From Macrostomum lignano (lineage: Eukaryota): 64,000 bases of DNA. Below are positions 11,815 to 24,360 of this stretch, piece by piece (position 1 is the stretch's first letter; each line of letters starts with the position of its first letter). The notes below the pieces were generated by a model. That model saw nothing but the letters and a program-made list of their open reading frames with translations, searched no databases and was not told the origin of the DNA. The position numbers and the translations under genes are program-made. The stretch is from NCBI GenBank assembly GCA_002269645.1, contig NIVC01000038.1:868001-932000 (forward strand), read 5' to 3'.

Positions 11815-13690
11815 TTAGATTTAGAATAGTAGAAGATCTACTGCTAGATTAGACTTAAAGTAGATCTACAAAATTATATTTAGAGTAGTAGATCTACTGC
11901 TAGATTAGATATAGAGTAGATCTTATAGATTAGATTTTGGGAAGATCTACTATTACATTAGATTTAGAGTCGATCTTCAAGACTATATTTAGAGGAGATC
12001 TAATTTATTATATTTAGATTAGATCCACTTCATTTGATTTAGAGTAGATATACTACTAGATTAGATTTAAAGTAGATCTATTGTTAGATTAGATTTAGAG
12101 TAGATCTACTACTAGATTAGATTTAGAGTAGATCTATTACTAGATTCGATTTAGAGTAGATCTACTACTAGATAAGATTTAGAGTAGATCTATTACTAGA
12201 TTCGATTTAGAGTAGATCTGCTACTAGATTAGATTTAGAGTAGATCTATTACTAGATTCGATTTAGAGTAGATCTACTACTAGATTAGATTTAGAGTAGA
12301 TCTATTACTAGATTCGATTTAGAGTAGATTTACTACTAGATTAGATTTAGAGTAGATCTACCACTAGATTAGATTTAGAGTAGATTTACTACTAGATTAG
12401 ATTTAGAGTAGATCTACTACTAGATTAGATTTAGAGTAGATCTACTACTAGATTAGATTTAGAGTAGATCTACTACTAGATTCGATTTAGAGTAGATCTA
12501 CTACTAGATTAGATCTAGAGTAGATTTACTACTAGATTAGATCTAGAGTAGATTTAGAGTAGATCTACTACTAGATTAGATTTAGAGTAGATCTACCACT
12601 AGATTAGATTTAGAGTAGATCTACTACTAGATTAGATTTAGAGTAGATCTACTACTAGATTCGATTTAGAGTAGATCTACTACTAGATTAGATCTAGAGT
12701 AGATTTACTACTAGATTAGATTTAGAGTAGATCTACTACTAGATTAGATTTAGAGTAGATCTATTACTAGATTCGATTTAGAGTAGATTTACTACTAGAT
12801 TAGATTTAGAGTAGATCTACTACTAGATTAGATTTAGAGTAGATTTACTACTAGATTAGATTTAGAGTAGATCTACTACTAGATTAGATTTAGAGTAGAT
12901 CTACTACTAGATTAGATTTAGAGTAGATCTACTACTAGATTAGATTTAGAGTAGATCTACTACTAGATTAGATTTAGAGTAGATCTACTACTAGATTAGA
13001 TTTAGAGTAGATCTACTACTAGATTCGATTTAGAGTAGATCTACTACTAGATTAGATTTAGAGTAGATCTATTACTAGATTCGATTTAGAGTAGATCTAC
13101 TACTAGATTAGATTTAGAGTAGATCTATTACTAGATTCGATTTAGAGTAGATTTACTACTAGATTAGATTTAGAGTAGATCTACCACTAGATTAGATTTA
13201 GAGTAGATTTACTACTAAATTAGATTTAGAGTAGATCTACTACTAGATTAGATTTAGAGTAGATCTACTACTAGATTAGATTTAGAGTAGATCTACTACT
13301 AGATTAGATTTAGAGTAGATCTACCACTAGATTCGATTTAGAGTAGATCTACTACTAGATTAGATCTAGAGTAGATTTACTGTACTAGATTAGATCTAGA
13401 GTAGATTTACTACTAGATTAGATTTAGAGTAGATCTACTACTAGATTAGATTTAGAGTAGATCTAATACTAGATTCGATTTAAAGTAGATCTACTACTAG
13501 ATTAGATTTAGAGTAGATCTATTACTAGATTCGATTTAGAGTAGATCTACTACTAGATTAGATTTAGAGTAGATCTAATACTAGATTCGATTTAGAGTAG
13601 ATCTACTACTAGATTAGATTTAGAGTAGATCTAATACTAGATTCGATTTCGAGTAGATCTACTACTAGATTAGATTTAGAGTAGATCTAT
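11815..13690. repeat. 28-bp minisatellite, about 60 copies (intron 4)
   Basis: Unit TAGATTAGATTTAGAGTAGATCTACTAC with a 12-bp palindrome AGTAGATCTACT; degenerate on the left. Confidence 0.95.
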
Positions 13691-13744
13691 TAGTACTAAT
13701 AGGGCGGACCCATCCTGGAGTTTAATGAATTTAAAAACCATCAG

Positions 13745-14125
13745 GTGCAACAGCAGCCAAGCAGCCGCGCAACAAAGGACGCTGTCTACCTGTTAGCAAC
13801 TAAAGCGCTGCTCCTCCGAGCTCTAAACGAGTGCCGGCACAGCCGACCAAGGCGGCTGCACAGTCGGCAAAAACAGCAGCAACAGCAGGCGCCGCCAACA
13901 GTCAGCTGGGCTGAAATCCAGCTTCACGATGCCGCTATGCAGACCTACCAGGCTGCTCTGGACCGGCTTGGGCCAAGGAATCAATTGGATGATAGCAGCC
14001 AGTCTGACCCCAGCGGCAGTGCATCTGCGCTGTGGGACAATTTAGCATGGCAGAGGCTGATGGCTCTGGTTGATAAAATTGAAGCCCTGACCACCGCTAC
14101 GGTTGAAGGATTCAGCGAAGCTGAG
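13745..14125 (+). CDS. EDRF1: EDRF1 coding exon 5
   Basis: Acceptor CCATCAG|GTG, donor GAG|GTATGC; 127 codons, phase 0/0. Confidence 0.78.
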
Positions 14126-14269
14126 GTATGCATGCGTTTCTTGTGCGCCCTTCTTAACAATAAATTTCAGTTTGTACTACTTCATAGTAGCAAATATTGG
14201 ACTGTGCTTTAATGCCCCCCCGTGCAAACTTATTCTGGCTCAAAGAATTAGGGTGCCTTGGATTAGCTC

Positions 14270-14622
14270 TTCTAGATGGCGCCCTCTCTGTAGCTGGCGC
14301 TCCTCTGTAGATAGCAGCCTCTCTGTAGATGGCGCCCCCTCTGTAGATCGCGCCCCCTCTGTAGCTGGCGCCCCCTTCTGTATCTGGCGACCCCTCTGTA
14401 GCTGGCGCCCCCTTCTGTATCTGGCGACCCCTCTGTAGCTGACGCCCCCTCTGTAGCTGGCGCCTCCTCTGTACTGTAGCTGGCGCTTCCTCTGTACTGT
14501 AGCTGGCGTCCGTCTGTAGATGGCGCCCCCTCGGTAGCTGGCGCCCCCTCTGTACTGTAGCTGGCGCTTCCTCTGTACTGTAGCTGGCGTCCCCTCTGTA
14601 GATGGCGCCCCCTCTGTAGCTC
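14270..14622. repeat. GC-rich 18-24-bp minisatellite (intron 5)
   Basis: Unit approximately GGCGCCCCCTCTGTAGCT. Confidence 0.9.
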
Positions 14623-15270
14623 CTTAAAAATTATCGAATAAAACAAGAAAATATTCTGCTGAAATCTACTATCAAATCTTGTGTTAATAGAAAAACCTTA
14701 AACTTTCACAATTGAAGCTTGAAAATTGCTTTGCTGAGTGCTACGAACAGGAAAATCTTATATAAACACGAAGGCTAAAAATCGTTATTTTAAGATCAAA
14801 TTTTTCTTTCTCAAGTTCCAGGAAAAGAGTTTTACTGACGAAAAAACAACAACTAATGTATTTCATTTAAATCAATGAGGCGGCGAAGTCTTTTTAGGGT
14901 TCTAATTTATTAAAAGGTGCATTTAAGCGCATTAATGAGGCAGTGAATTCCTGTACACGGCTAGAATCGATGATTGATGAGTTTGTCCTGACCGCGGCAT
15001 ATGAGACGCCAAGTTTGATTGAACTCTAAGTACTTGGGTTTGCATTCATTCATAGGACTTTTAGCGCACATATATGAGCATGCGTACTGTGTTTATAGGG
15101 TCACATGAGGTAGTGCTACAATAGTTGTTAATATTCATAAAGCATTTGGTTTATGGCTGCAGACATAAATCGGAATAGTCGTATATTACTTCATACTTAT
15201 CTTGTTTATCCTACTACTTACTGAAAGAGCATCATAAATTAGAACGGGAAAAGAAAATACAACTAAAGTG

Positions 15271-18200
15271 TCACAGAGTCAGATGCACAGTCACAAGGAT
15301 TATCCAGCCTAATAACAGCTTTATTACCTGTTCCATCTGTAATACGTTGGCCCTGTTAAAATCGCAAGGAATAGTCACATTGTTCAATGCTGGACAGTTT
15401 CTGTCAGCGTCCTGGCCATTGTCGCTGGAGCTGGAAGCGCCACCGCTGCCGCCGCTTGCACCGCCAGTGTCGCTAACCTCGCCGCTCTGATCGTGGGCGC
15501 AAGTTCCATTAATAATTCTTGAAGCGCCCGAGGCCACCAGTTTGCGGGTTAGCAGGCAGTTAAAATTAAACGGAGTCTTGCTGCGATCTCTCCAGTTCTC
15601 TATCACTAGTAAAAATAGATTGGTGTCCTTCAGCGAAGTGACATAATAGAAGCCTTGCATGCAGGGCCCGGATACATTTCCAACCAGCATCCGACTCCTG
15701 CCCAGAGCTGTTTCGTTTACCTCGAATGAGATCACATCCTGAATGCAGCCGTACGAGTTTGAGAAGCCAGGAATTGGGCCTCTGGTTTTGTATAGATTGT
15801 CGCTCTCTTCCGGAGTAGTAGGGATGCCGTTCATTGTCACCCTGGGCGCGCCGGCTGTGAAACTGCACGTGCCTTGAAAATCAACCGATTCATCTCGCTG
15901 GAAAAGTTTCTGACGGAAGACCAGATTCATCATCACCTCGCCTTCCTTTTGTCCCAGCGTTACGCCTTTGTAACGGCCTTCGTCTAGATCGGTGGCTTCA
16001 ATAAAATCTGCGGCCATAATGACGTTGGCCCGATTGTCAAACACGTAGCATACCGTTTTACAGTTCGGCGAGCCATCTGGGCATTTGTACTCGGCATTGC
16101 AAGACTTAACACCGTCCGAGGCTTGCATCAAATTGTAGACTTTGCGGTGAAAGTTATTGTAGCCCAAGTCCAGGCTAGTAATCGCTTCTATTCGCTCTGT
16201 AGCGCAACGTTTGCCCTGTTGAATCTCTTTAGTGGTGGCTTTTGCCGCGCTGATGTAGCAGTAGCCGCTGGTGCACTCGTCGCCTTCCTCGCAGGGACAA
16301 CCTCCGGGCTTCTTTGTTTTACCTGTAACGTTGCATCCATCTGTTTTATTGTCCATGCCTTCAAATACAGCCTGCGAAATAGTGATAATCTTGCCGCTGC
16401 CTGCCGAATCATAATAGGGCGTCGATATTGAAGTCTTTGTTGGCGAACTCTTTGTCCGACTGTACCAGGGCCGTTTCGTTGGGTCATATGGTCTTACCGA
16501 GCGGTGCCCGGGATAAGTGCGGAACACGCCGCTGCGCATGCCAACGTAGGTCCAGATTACCTCGTCAATCCAGCTAAACTTGCGCTCTCGCCACCGCTCT
16601 TCAATTGGCTGCGTGACCAGCACGTAGGCTCTTGAGCCGGCTTCGAATATGGCTTGGTCGGTGGCTTTGCTATCCGGACTGTGGCACCCAGTGTCCGGCT
16701 TTCCCGTGTTCATGTACTCGTGTGCGTCCAACGTTTTTCTGGCTAGATCATCATCGAATAAGTAGCGAAGTGGCTCACAGTAGCACTTTGGCGCAAAAAA
16801 TATACTGGAATGTAGCTCGGTGATTCGAAGCTTTTGAAACTTCTTCGACATATTGTACTTTACGTTCAAATATTTGAAGACATCCGGGTAGTGTTTCAGC
16901 ACTGTGCTGCTGTTATATTCAATTAGCAAATTGAAATAGCTGCGATTTCGCGGCACAAGTTCTTCGAATTCTATTTTTGGCTCAATTAACTTACGGTAGA
17001 CTTTGTCGGTTTTAGAGAGGACGAATGCAACGGAATATTCAGAGTCCTCTATATTAGTGAAGTAATATTCGAGAGGCATGGTTTCGTATTTGACACCGGC
17101 TCTGTAATCGCCCTTTGAGATTCCTCGCCTACCATTCTCAATAGCAATCATTCCGGTCTCTCCATTTATCATTTTCTGTGTGACCTTGTTGAATTCTTTC
17201 GGTATACTCTTTTTATTTTGCTCCATTCGCTGGATGTGTATAAATATCGGGTCATCCTTTAAACTGGCACTACCCTTCAATAACGGATGGTATATCGTCT
17301 GGCCTTCCTTATCGATTAGAAAGGACGTCACTGAGCCCCACTGCCGCCGTGTCACATAAGTTTCAATTTCCTCTAGAGTGGCGTCCACGCCAACAACTCC
17401 AATAGTTCTGGGCTTGCCAGTATCGATCGTGCTAATTACTGGGACCGCGTGGGTGACCATAGTGCCCAAGCCAAACGCGTCAATGTATGGCGACGTCCAC
17501 AGGCCCTTTGAGTTTTGCGCCACCCTGGCCAAGAAGTCGAAATAGTTGTCCATGCGCGAAATGAGATTCTCGCCGTCCTCCAGCTTTCTGAGGCTGCCGC
17601 TGTGATTGCAGGCTAGCGCCCCGGGAAACATCTGCCCGTCGTCTTTAATTAAATAGCTGAATATTCTAGCAGGCGGCTTGCTGTCAGCGTTTGTGGCGTT
17701 CACTACTGACCAGACCTTCGTCCAATTGTACTTGCACACTGGGCCTGGCACGTAGCCAGACCGCGTGTAATAGCCCGGACCGCAGCGCACTGTCTCTCCG
17801 TCCGTATCCTTGCCATCGGTGATGAACACTAAGATTGACAGACAGCCTGTTCTCGGCTGCGAGTTCAACAATTCAAAGCCCATCTGGAAGCCGTGCTCGA
17901 GTTCGCTAGTACCGCCCGGTTTTAACCCGTCAATCTTCTCCATGAGGTCTTTTCTGAATTCAATAGTAGCGGGAACCATTTTTGTCTCCTGGCAGCTGAG
18001 TACCTCGGATTTGAAGTAGTGCCACTTGCCAACCTCGTCCCAATGGCTAGCTCTTGCGCAGACAACATTCATGTAATCCTGTTTGGTGAGAGTTCGGATC
18101 ACCGCCTTGGCAACTGATCTGGCTATACCGAATTTCTCACCTTCCATGCTGGCACTGCAGTCTATTATTATCACCACATCCTTTGGTCCGCTTGTAGCAG

Positions 18201-18996
18201 CAATGTACCACGGCCGTATTCGAGGATCGTAGTCTGTATAAAAGCCTACAAAATTAGAACTCCATTCCCGGCCTGGATACAATCTGGTAACTCCGGTGCT
18301 TGATCCAAAGTACAGCCACCGAATGCTGCTATCATTCTGATAAGTCTCATTGAAAATTCTCTCCAGCTCGTAGGTCCACTCGACCGTAAAGATAGTCTCA
18401 TTTAGGTCACGCGGCACATCGTCTGGTATTTTAATAGTGGAGAAATTGTACGTGATGTGCTGCCGAAAGAATGGCACCAGAGTCATGCCTGAATTTGCCA
18501 GTCGATGCGGAATGTCCGAGTCTCGATAGATATCAACACTGAGGTCGCTCAGGCTTGCTGCAATTTTCCTTTGGCCGCTTCTAACTTGTCGGTAGTGTCT
18601 GTTGTAGGCCTCAGCCGCTGCCTCGGCAATTCTGTGCGCCGTTGCTTTCTTCTTGCGAAAATAAGCGCTTAGCTCCTGCTTAACCTGCATCGTCACATTA
18701 GTGCCGTTCTTTTTCTCATAAAGATATTCGGCTTGGTCGAATAGCATCTGAGTCTGGTCCCGTTGAATGCCGTCGGCCGCCACCTGTTGAATGTAATTCT
18801 GTATCATGTCTGCCCAGTTGTACACGTCGCCGTACATTGTGCCATCCTTGGTGCTCTCCTTAATTCGATCGTCTGATCCACTCGCCGAATAGATGGAAGC
18901 CACCTCCGTTATGGAATATGCCATGGTCGGTTGCATCGGCAAGTGATCAACTGTGCTCAAGCCTATGGCTATCAATACCAGAAGAAGTCGCTGCAT
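15271..18996 (-). CDS. Intronless alpha2delta/CACHD1-family protein (VWA plus two dCache domains), 1241 aa, nested antisense in EDRF1 intron 5
   Basis: N-terminal signal-like MQRLLLVLIAIGLS; WLYFGSSTGVTRLYPG...YDPRIRPWYIAATSGPKDVVIIIDCSASM (VWA MIDAS DxSxS, with GGT and ITDG); WTSPYIDAFGLG; second Cache WTYVGMRSGVFRTYPG...YDPTKRPWY; C-terminal hydrophobic tail with no cytoplasmic extension. Confidence 0.93.
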   Translation of the reverse strand: MQRLLLVLIAIGLSTVDHLPMQPTMAYSITEVASIYSASGSDDRIKESTKDGTMYGDVYNWADMIQNYIQQVAADGIQRDQTQMLFDQAEYLYEKKNGTNVTMQVKQELSAYFRKKKATAHRIAEAAAEAYNRHYRQVRSGQRKIAASLSDLSVDIYRDSDIPHRLANSGMTLVPFFRQHITYNFSTIKIPDDVPRDLNETIFTVEWTYELERIFNETYQNDSSIRWLYFGSSTGVTRLYPGREWSSNFVGFYTDYDPRIRPWYIAATSGPKDVVIIIDCSASMEGEKFGIARSVAKAVIRTLTKQDYMNVVCARASHWDEVGKWHYFKSEVLSCQETKMVPATIEFRKDLMEKIDGLKPGGTSELEHGFQMGFELLNSQPRTGCLSILVFITDGKDTDGETVRCGPGYYTRSGYVPGPVCKYNWTKVWSVVNATNADSKPPARIFSYLIKDDGQMFPGALACNHSGSLRKLEDGENLISRMDNYFDFLARVAQNSKGLWTSPYIDAFGLGTMVTHAVPVISTIDTGKPRTIGVVGVDATLEEIETYVTRRQWGSVTSFLIDKEGQTIYHPLLKGSASLKDDPIFIHIQRMEQNKKSIPKEFNKVTQKMINGETGMIAIENGRRGISKGDYRAGVKYETMPLEYYFTNIEDSEYSVAFVLSKTDKVYRKLIEPKIEFEELVPRNRSYFNLLIEYNSSTVLKHYPDVFKYLNVKYNMSKKFQKLRITELHSSIFFAPKCYCEPLRYLFDDDLARKTLDAHEYMNTGKPDTGCHSPDSKATDQAIFEAGSRAYVLVTQPIEERWRERKFSWIDEVIWTYVGMRSGVFRTYPGHRSVRPYDPTKRPWYSRTKSSPTKTSISTPYYDSAGSGKIITISQAVFEGMDNKTDGCNVTGKTKKPGGCPCEEGDECTSGYCYISAAKATTKEIQQGKRCATERIEAITSLDLGYNNFHRKVYNLMQASDGVKSCNAEYKCPDGSPNCKTVCYVFDNRANVIMAADFIEATDLDEGRYKGVTLGQKEGEVMMNLVFRQKLFQRDESVDFQGTCSFTAGAPRVTMNGIPTTPEESDNLYKTRGPIPGFSNSYGCIQDVISFEVNETALGRSRMLVGNVSGPCMQGFYYVTSLKDTNLFLLVIENWRDRSKTPFNFNCLLTRKLVASGASRIINGTCAHDQSGEVSDTGGASGGSGGASSSSDNGQDADRNCPALNNVTIPCDFNRANVLQMEQVIKLLLGWIILVTVHLTL

Positions 18997-20409
18997 GACT
19001 TTGTTTCTTTGCCACAGAGTACAATTGGAGATCGAGGCTTCTCAACTTGATTCTGTGTTGTCAACTTCTTTAAATCTCTCAAATAAGCCGGTTGCAGTCT
19101 CAGCCGACCATCTTAAGAAGACTTTTGACTGTAGCAACCAATATATAACCAATATGTCAAGCTACCTTTTTTATCTTGTCCAGGAAGCTCAACTGGGATC
19201 TATGCTATGCATGTATATTGTATATTGTATATTGCTGCGCAAACTTAATCCCGCGGCGGTACTGGAGGGGGAAGGTCGGTTAGGGGGAGGGCAGGGTAGA
19301 ACTTGCAGTCCCGTTTCCGCCACCTATTCGCTGAGCCTCTCCTTCTCCGCCCTCGAAGCCGCCCGGGCACAGCAGCCCAATCCGACTGTCGGTGCGGAGG
19401 GAGACTCAGGAATTCCCGGCTTCCTCCTTTCCTCCCTCAATCCATCTCCTCCGTCTCTCTTTGTGCGTCTGCCTGCCTGTGTGTGTGAATGAAAGGAACT
19501 GCGGGCCTGGACTTAAGGCGCCTCTCTTGTCGCTAGCAAATTCATCCTCCACCGCTCAACTCGCTCTACCGTATGTGTTTTTTGTGTCCACCTACCTTCG
19601 TTTTTCCTCTTGTATTCCCTGAATTCCTGGCTTCTATTTCCTTCACAATCTTCGGCCAAGCCTGCAGACAGCCAGTTTTAGAATTTTTTCCCTAAATCTC
19701 CAGGCTTTTTCAGACCCTGACCACTCTTTCCCCGCCTCTCCAGTGCCCATTTTGTCCCTCTATGCGCGTCAATAGAATTTATAGCGTATTAAGTTCTCTT
19801 TGATCCCTCCTCTAGGCCTGGCCGATCAGATATATATACATATAGCCAGAAAAAAGTAGAATAGATTTTTTGTTAGTCAAAGAAATAAGCTGAAAACTTG
19901 GCCCCCTAGGGGATAGGGAAAGATTTTCTCGCTCCGATAGAGGGTGAGTGGGAAGGATCAAAAATAGAGTAGCGGATAAGTATGCAAACCTGATTAGGGT
20001 GCAGCCCTGTCTCTCCCCCCCCTTACTGCCCATCCTCCATATATACGCCCCTCTGTACACTTAGAGTCCGACCCTGGGATTTTTAGAGGCCCAGCTTTAG
20101 TATACATGTAGGGAAGGCTAAGGACCTAGGTCCTAGAATAATCTAATATGGCCACACTCGGCCTTCTTAAGTGGCGAGATTGTGTATGTAAATATTTTTA
20201 TTTCTATAATGTAAGCCTGGTATAAAAGCAACTTGGCTTTTTCCTATTCAGCCACTTAGTAGAATCCAAATGTGGCTGTTGGGCATGGGAATTTATTGAT
20301 CCGATTGAAGCAAGTAGTGCCTAGTTATTCTTTTCATTTCCAGGCTAGCATAGCTTCGATTTTCAGTTTCAGGGTTGGCCTCGCACCAGTATCGAATTGG
20401 TCCAGTTTG

Positions 20410-21160
20410 AAGATTGGCCCCATTGTAGTATTGAGATTAGCGCCATTATATTGCATCTAGATTAGCCTCGCTATATATACTATGAAGATTGGTGCCACTT
20501 TAGTATAGAGATTTTCATCACTAGTATCCAGATTAGCGCCACTATAGTGTAAAGATTGGCGCCACTATAGTATAGAGATTGGCGCCACTTTAGTAGCGAG
20601 ATTGGCGCCACTAAAGTAGCGAGATTAGCGCCACTATAGCCTTAAGATTTGTGCCACTATTAGCTAGATTGGCGCCACTATAATATAAAGATTAGCGCCA
20701 AAATAGTGTAAAGATTGGCGCCACTATAGTATAGAGATTAGCGCCACTTTAGTAGCGATATTGGCGCCACTATAGTAGCGAGATTGGCGCCACTATAGTA
20801 GCGAGATTGGCGCCACTATAGTATAAAGATTAGCGCCACTATAGTGTAAAGATTAGCGCCATTGTAGTATAGAGGTTAGCGCCACTATAGTATAGAGATT
20901 GGCGCCATTATAGTATAGAGATTATCATTACTATACTATCGAGATTAGCGCCACTAGTAGCGAGATTGGCGCCACTATAGTAAAAAGATTAAGACCACTA
21001 TAGTCTAAATATTAGCGCCACTATAGCCTAAAGATTGGCGCCACTATAATATTAAGATTAGCGCCACTATATTATAGAGATTGGCGCCACTATTGTATAA
21101 AGATTAGCGCCACTATAATGTAAAGATTGACGCCACTATAGTATAGAGATTGGCGCCACT
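20410..21160. repeat. 23-bp minisatellite, about 30 copies
   Basis: Unit ATTGGCGCCACTATAGTATAGAG with internal palindromes TGGCGCCA and ACTATAGT. Confidence 0.93.
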
Positions 21161-22054
21161 TTCGTACCGATTTCTCCTTCAATTTGCCACTGAGCAATAT
21201 CCCAGGCTCACACTAATCTCTTTGCTAAGTCCCCAGCTCCATAGTCATATATCGAATAACTACTACTCCGTGATCTACTGGGCTAAGCAGATAGGCCATA
21301 GGAATCGTTTGATCAGAATTTATGGATTAATGCACTGGCGATCATATTATCTAGTTAGCTGTGCGCTATTAACCAAACGGTTTACGATTCAATGCTTCAT
21401 CTGACAGGCTGTAATTTTTCCTGCATCTTATCCTCCGGTCCCCAAGGCGAAAGGTTTATATGGTTAATAATAGTGTAACTACTAAATATGCTAGCTGCAG
21501 GCGGCACTCTACTAAATCTATCTTGTTCCAAGTGGACTTCTGATGCAAAAAAGATAAATTATAGGCCTAAATAGGAACCCCCTCTCTCTCTCTCTCTCTG
21601 CTCCGTCTTCCTTCATTCTTGCTCTGAAATTTCTTCTAAGAGGCTATTTTTAGCATCAGAAGATAGAATTCGAAATTGAGGCTGTATGCTATGGGAGGGA
21701 GTTCAACGAATGCTGGCAATGGCATACTCGCTCACTTTGACCATCGAAGCTTCTGTGACCCTTTCCTCAACCCAAGGAAATTCCTCTTAGTTTGAAAACT
21801 GTCCCAACCTACGTCCGCTTCTCGCCATCCTCCTTCCCCCGCTTCCTGTCTAAGGTCAGCCGAGGCCATGAATGCTTTGAAAATTGGCACAAATTTATTA
21901 CGCTTTATTAAATTTTAATACATGAATATTGTATATTCTGTTAGTAGGAGATCGGCGTCAACAGACTAGTAAAGTATTAATTTTTCCGGATTCAATTCTT
22001 TTAGGTGACAAAAAATTTATAAAATTACTCATAAAGCAGAAAAATAGCATTCTT

Positions 22055-22399
22055 AGTGTCTGTCTGTCTGTCTCTGTCTATCTGTCTGTCTGCCTGTCTG
22101 TCTGCCTGTCTGTCTGTCTGTCTCTGTCTATCTGTCTGTCTGCCTGTCTGTCTGTCTGCCTGTCTGTCTGTCTGTCTCTCTCTATCTGTCTGTCTGCCTG
22201 TCTGTCTGTCTGTCTCTCTCTATCTGTCTGTCTGCCTGTCTGTCTGTCTGTCTCTCTCTATCTGTCTGTCTGCCTGTCTGTCTGTCTGTCTCTCTCTATC
22301 TGTCTGTCTGCCTGTCTGTCTGTCTGTCTCTGTCTATCTGTCTGTCTGCCTGTCTGTCTGTGTGTCTCTGTCTATCTGTCTGTCTGCCTGCCTGTCGGT

Positions 22400-22439
<40 letters not shown>

Positions 22440-22470
22440 ATGTCGGTCTGTCTGTCTGTCTGTGTCTGTC

Positions 22471-22518
<48 letters not shown>

Positions 22519-22532
22519 CATGCCTGCCTGCC

Positions 22533-22579
<47 letters not shown>

Positions 22580-22585
22580 ATGTCG

Positions 22586-22619
<34 letters not shown>

Positions 22620-22668
22620 GTCTGTCTGTCTGTCTGTCTGTCTCTGTCTGTCTGTCTGTCTGTCTGCC

Positions 22669-22717
<49 letters not shown>

Positions 22718-22738
22718 GTCTGTCTGTCTATCTATCTA
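22055..22738. repeat. (CTGT)n microsatellite
   Basis: Direct reading. Confidence 0.97.
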
Positions 22739-23091
22739 GTTGACCAGCGTTCTCAGAACGCGTGCTCAATAACATTCGATCATCTGACCAGGCGATCGAT
22801 ACAGCCTGTGTGTAGCGATGATCCTCTTTTGTATTGGGATTGATTTCTCTCTTTGATATGCCCAAGCGCGTGTAGCACTCGGTCCTTTGGATTTGATACT
22901 CCTAAAAAATCGGTTTGTAACGCTTTAAATAGAACGATTTAGTTTATCTCTTAGACCCTGTATAATTTGATACTGCTGAGAGCAGTGTCTCGATCACATT
23001 CACTATTGAATGCTGCCAATTCTTGCGGTCAGCAAGCAGTCATTACTTCTGGGATCGGTGCACTAACAGTACTAACTCATTCTGTACGAGT

Positions 23092-23290
23092 ACTGTCTGT
23101 CTGTCGTTCTGTCTGTTTTTCTGTCCTGTCTGTCTGTCTGTCTTTCTGTCTGTCCGTCTGTCTTAGTGTCTGTCTGTCTGTCTATCTGCCTGTCTGTCCG
23201 TCTGTCTTAGTGTCTGTCTGTTTGTCTATCTGCCTGTCTATCCGTCTGTCTTTCTGTCTGCCCGTCTGTCTTAGTGTCTGTCCATCTGAC

Positions 23291-23337
<47 letters not shown>

Positions 23338-23384
23338 CTGTCTATCTGTCTGTCTGTGTCTGTCTGTCTGTCTCTGTCTGTCAT

Positions 23385-23417
<33 letters not shown>

Positions 23418-23480
23418 GTCTGTCTGTCTCTGTCTGTCTGTGTCTGTCTGTGTCTGTCTGTCTCTGTCTGTCTGTCTGTC
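23092..23480. repeat. (CTGT)n microsatellite, degenerate
   Basis: Direct reading. Confidence 0.95.
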
Positions 23481-23708
23481 CATTCTCAAACTTTTCCGAT
23501 AACTGATATCGGGTAAAAGTAGCGTGCTTTTATACATGTACAATAAATGCGCAAACAGCCAACAAACAGCAATACATCCACGTCATAAATCACCCGAGCT
23601 CAAGTTGCATTCAAATGCCAATTTAAATGTCCTGCGCGATTAATCATGCGTCCCACCAGTGCCAGTACAAACTCGCTGATTTCCAATCCGTTTCTACTCC
23701 ACCCGCAG

Positions 23709-23855
23709 CGCTGTAAAGAGGTGATCCGGCTGAGCCGCCAGGCCCTGACCATGTGCGACACGGAGACCCCCGGCGACAGGCGGGACAGCTTCCGCTACCA
23801 GGCCGCTCAGGCGCACAAAAACGTTGCCGACATGCTGCTGAGGGCCTACTTGGAG
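23709..23855 (+). CDS. EDRF1: EDRF1 coding exon 6
   Basis: Acceptor CCCGCAG|, RCKEVIRLSRQALTMCD...FRYQAAQAHKNVADML resembling the EDRF1 C-terminal helical region; donor GAG|GTAGGA. Confidence 0.75.
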
Positions 23856-23864
23856 GTAGGAGAG

Positions 23865-24360
23865 TGCTCCCATCTCACCCCATCTTATCTGAATCTCTAC
23901 CTCCCATCTCACTCTGAACTCACTCCACCTCAACTCCATCTCACCCCTATCTCACTCAATCTCAATCCCATCTCACCCCACCTCACCCCCATCTCTTTCC
24001 AATATCACTCCATCTCACCCCCATCTCATACCAATCTCACCCATCTCACCCCCATCTCATACCAATCTCATCCATCTCACCTCTATCTCACTCTTATCTC
24101 ACTCCATCTCATCCCTATCTCACTTTATCTCGATCACCCCCATCTCACTTCGATCTCACTTTAATCTCACTCCATCTAACCCCCATCTCATCCACCTCAC
24201 CCCCACTCACTTCATCTCACCCCATCTCACTGAATCTCACCCCCATCTCATCCCTATCTAACCCCATCTCACTCTGATCTCGCTCCTTCTCATTCCATCT
24301 CATCCTTCAACCTCAACCACCCCATCTGACCCTCCAATCTTACCTATCCCTCCCTATCTA
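23865..24360. repeat. CCCCATCTCA-type low-complexity repeat (intron 6)
   Basis: Begins about 10 bp after the exon 6 donor. Confidence 0.85.

Noticed and set aside
15271-18996. Assigning the symbol CACHD1 or CACNA2D1-4
   Set aside because: Features are mixed (full MIDAS and GPI-like tail versus a retained second Cache motif); orthology needs a tree.
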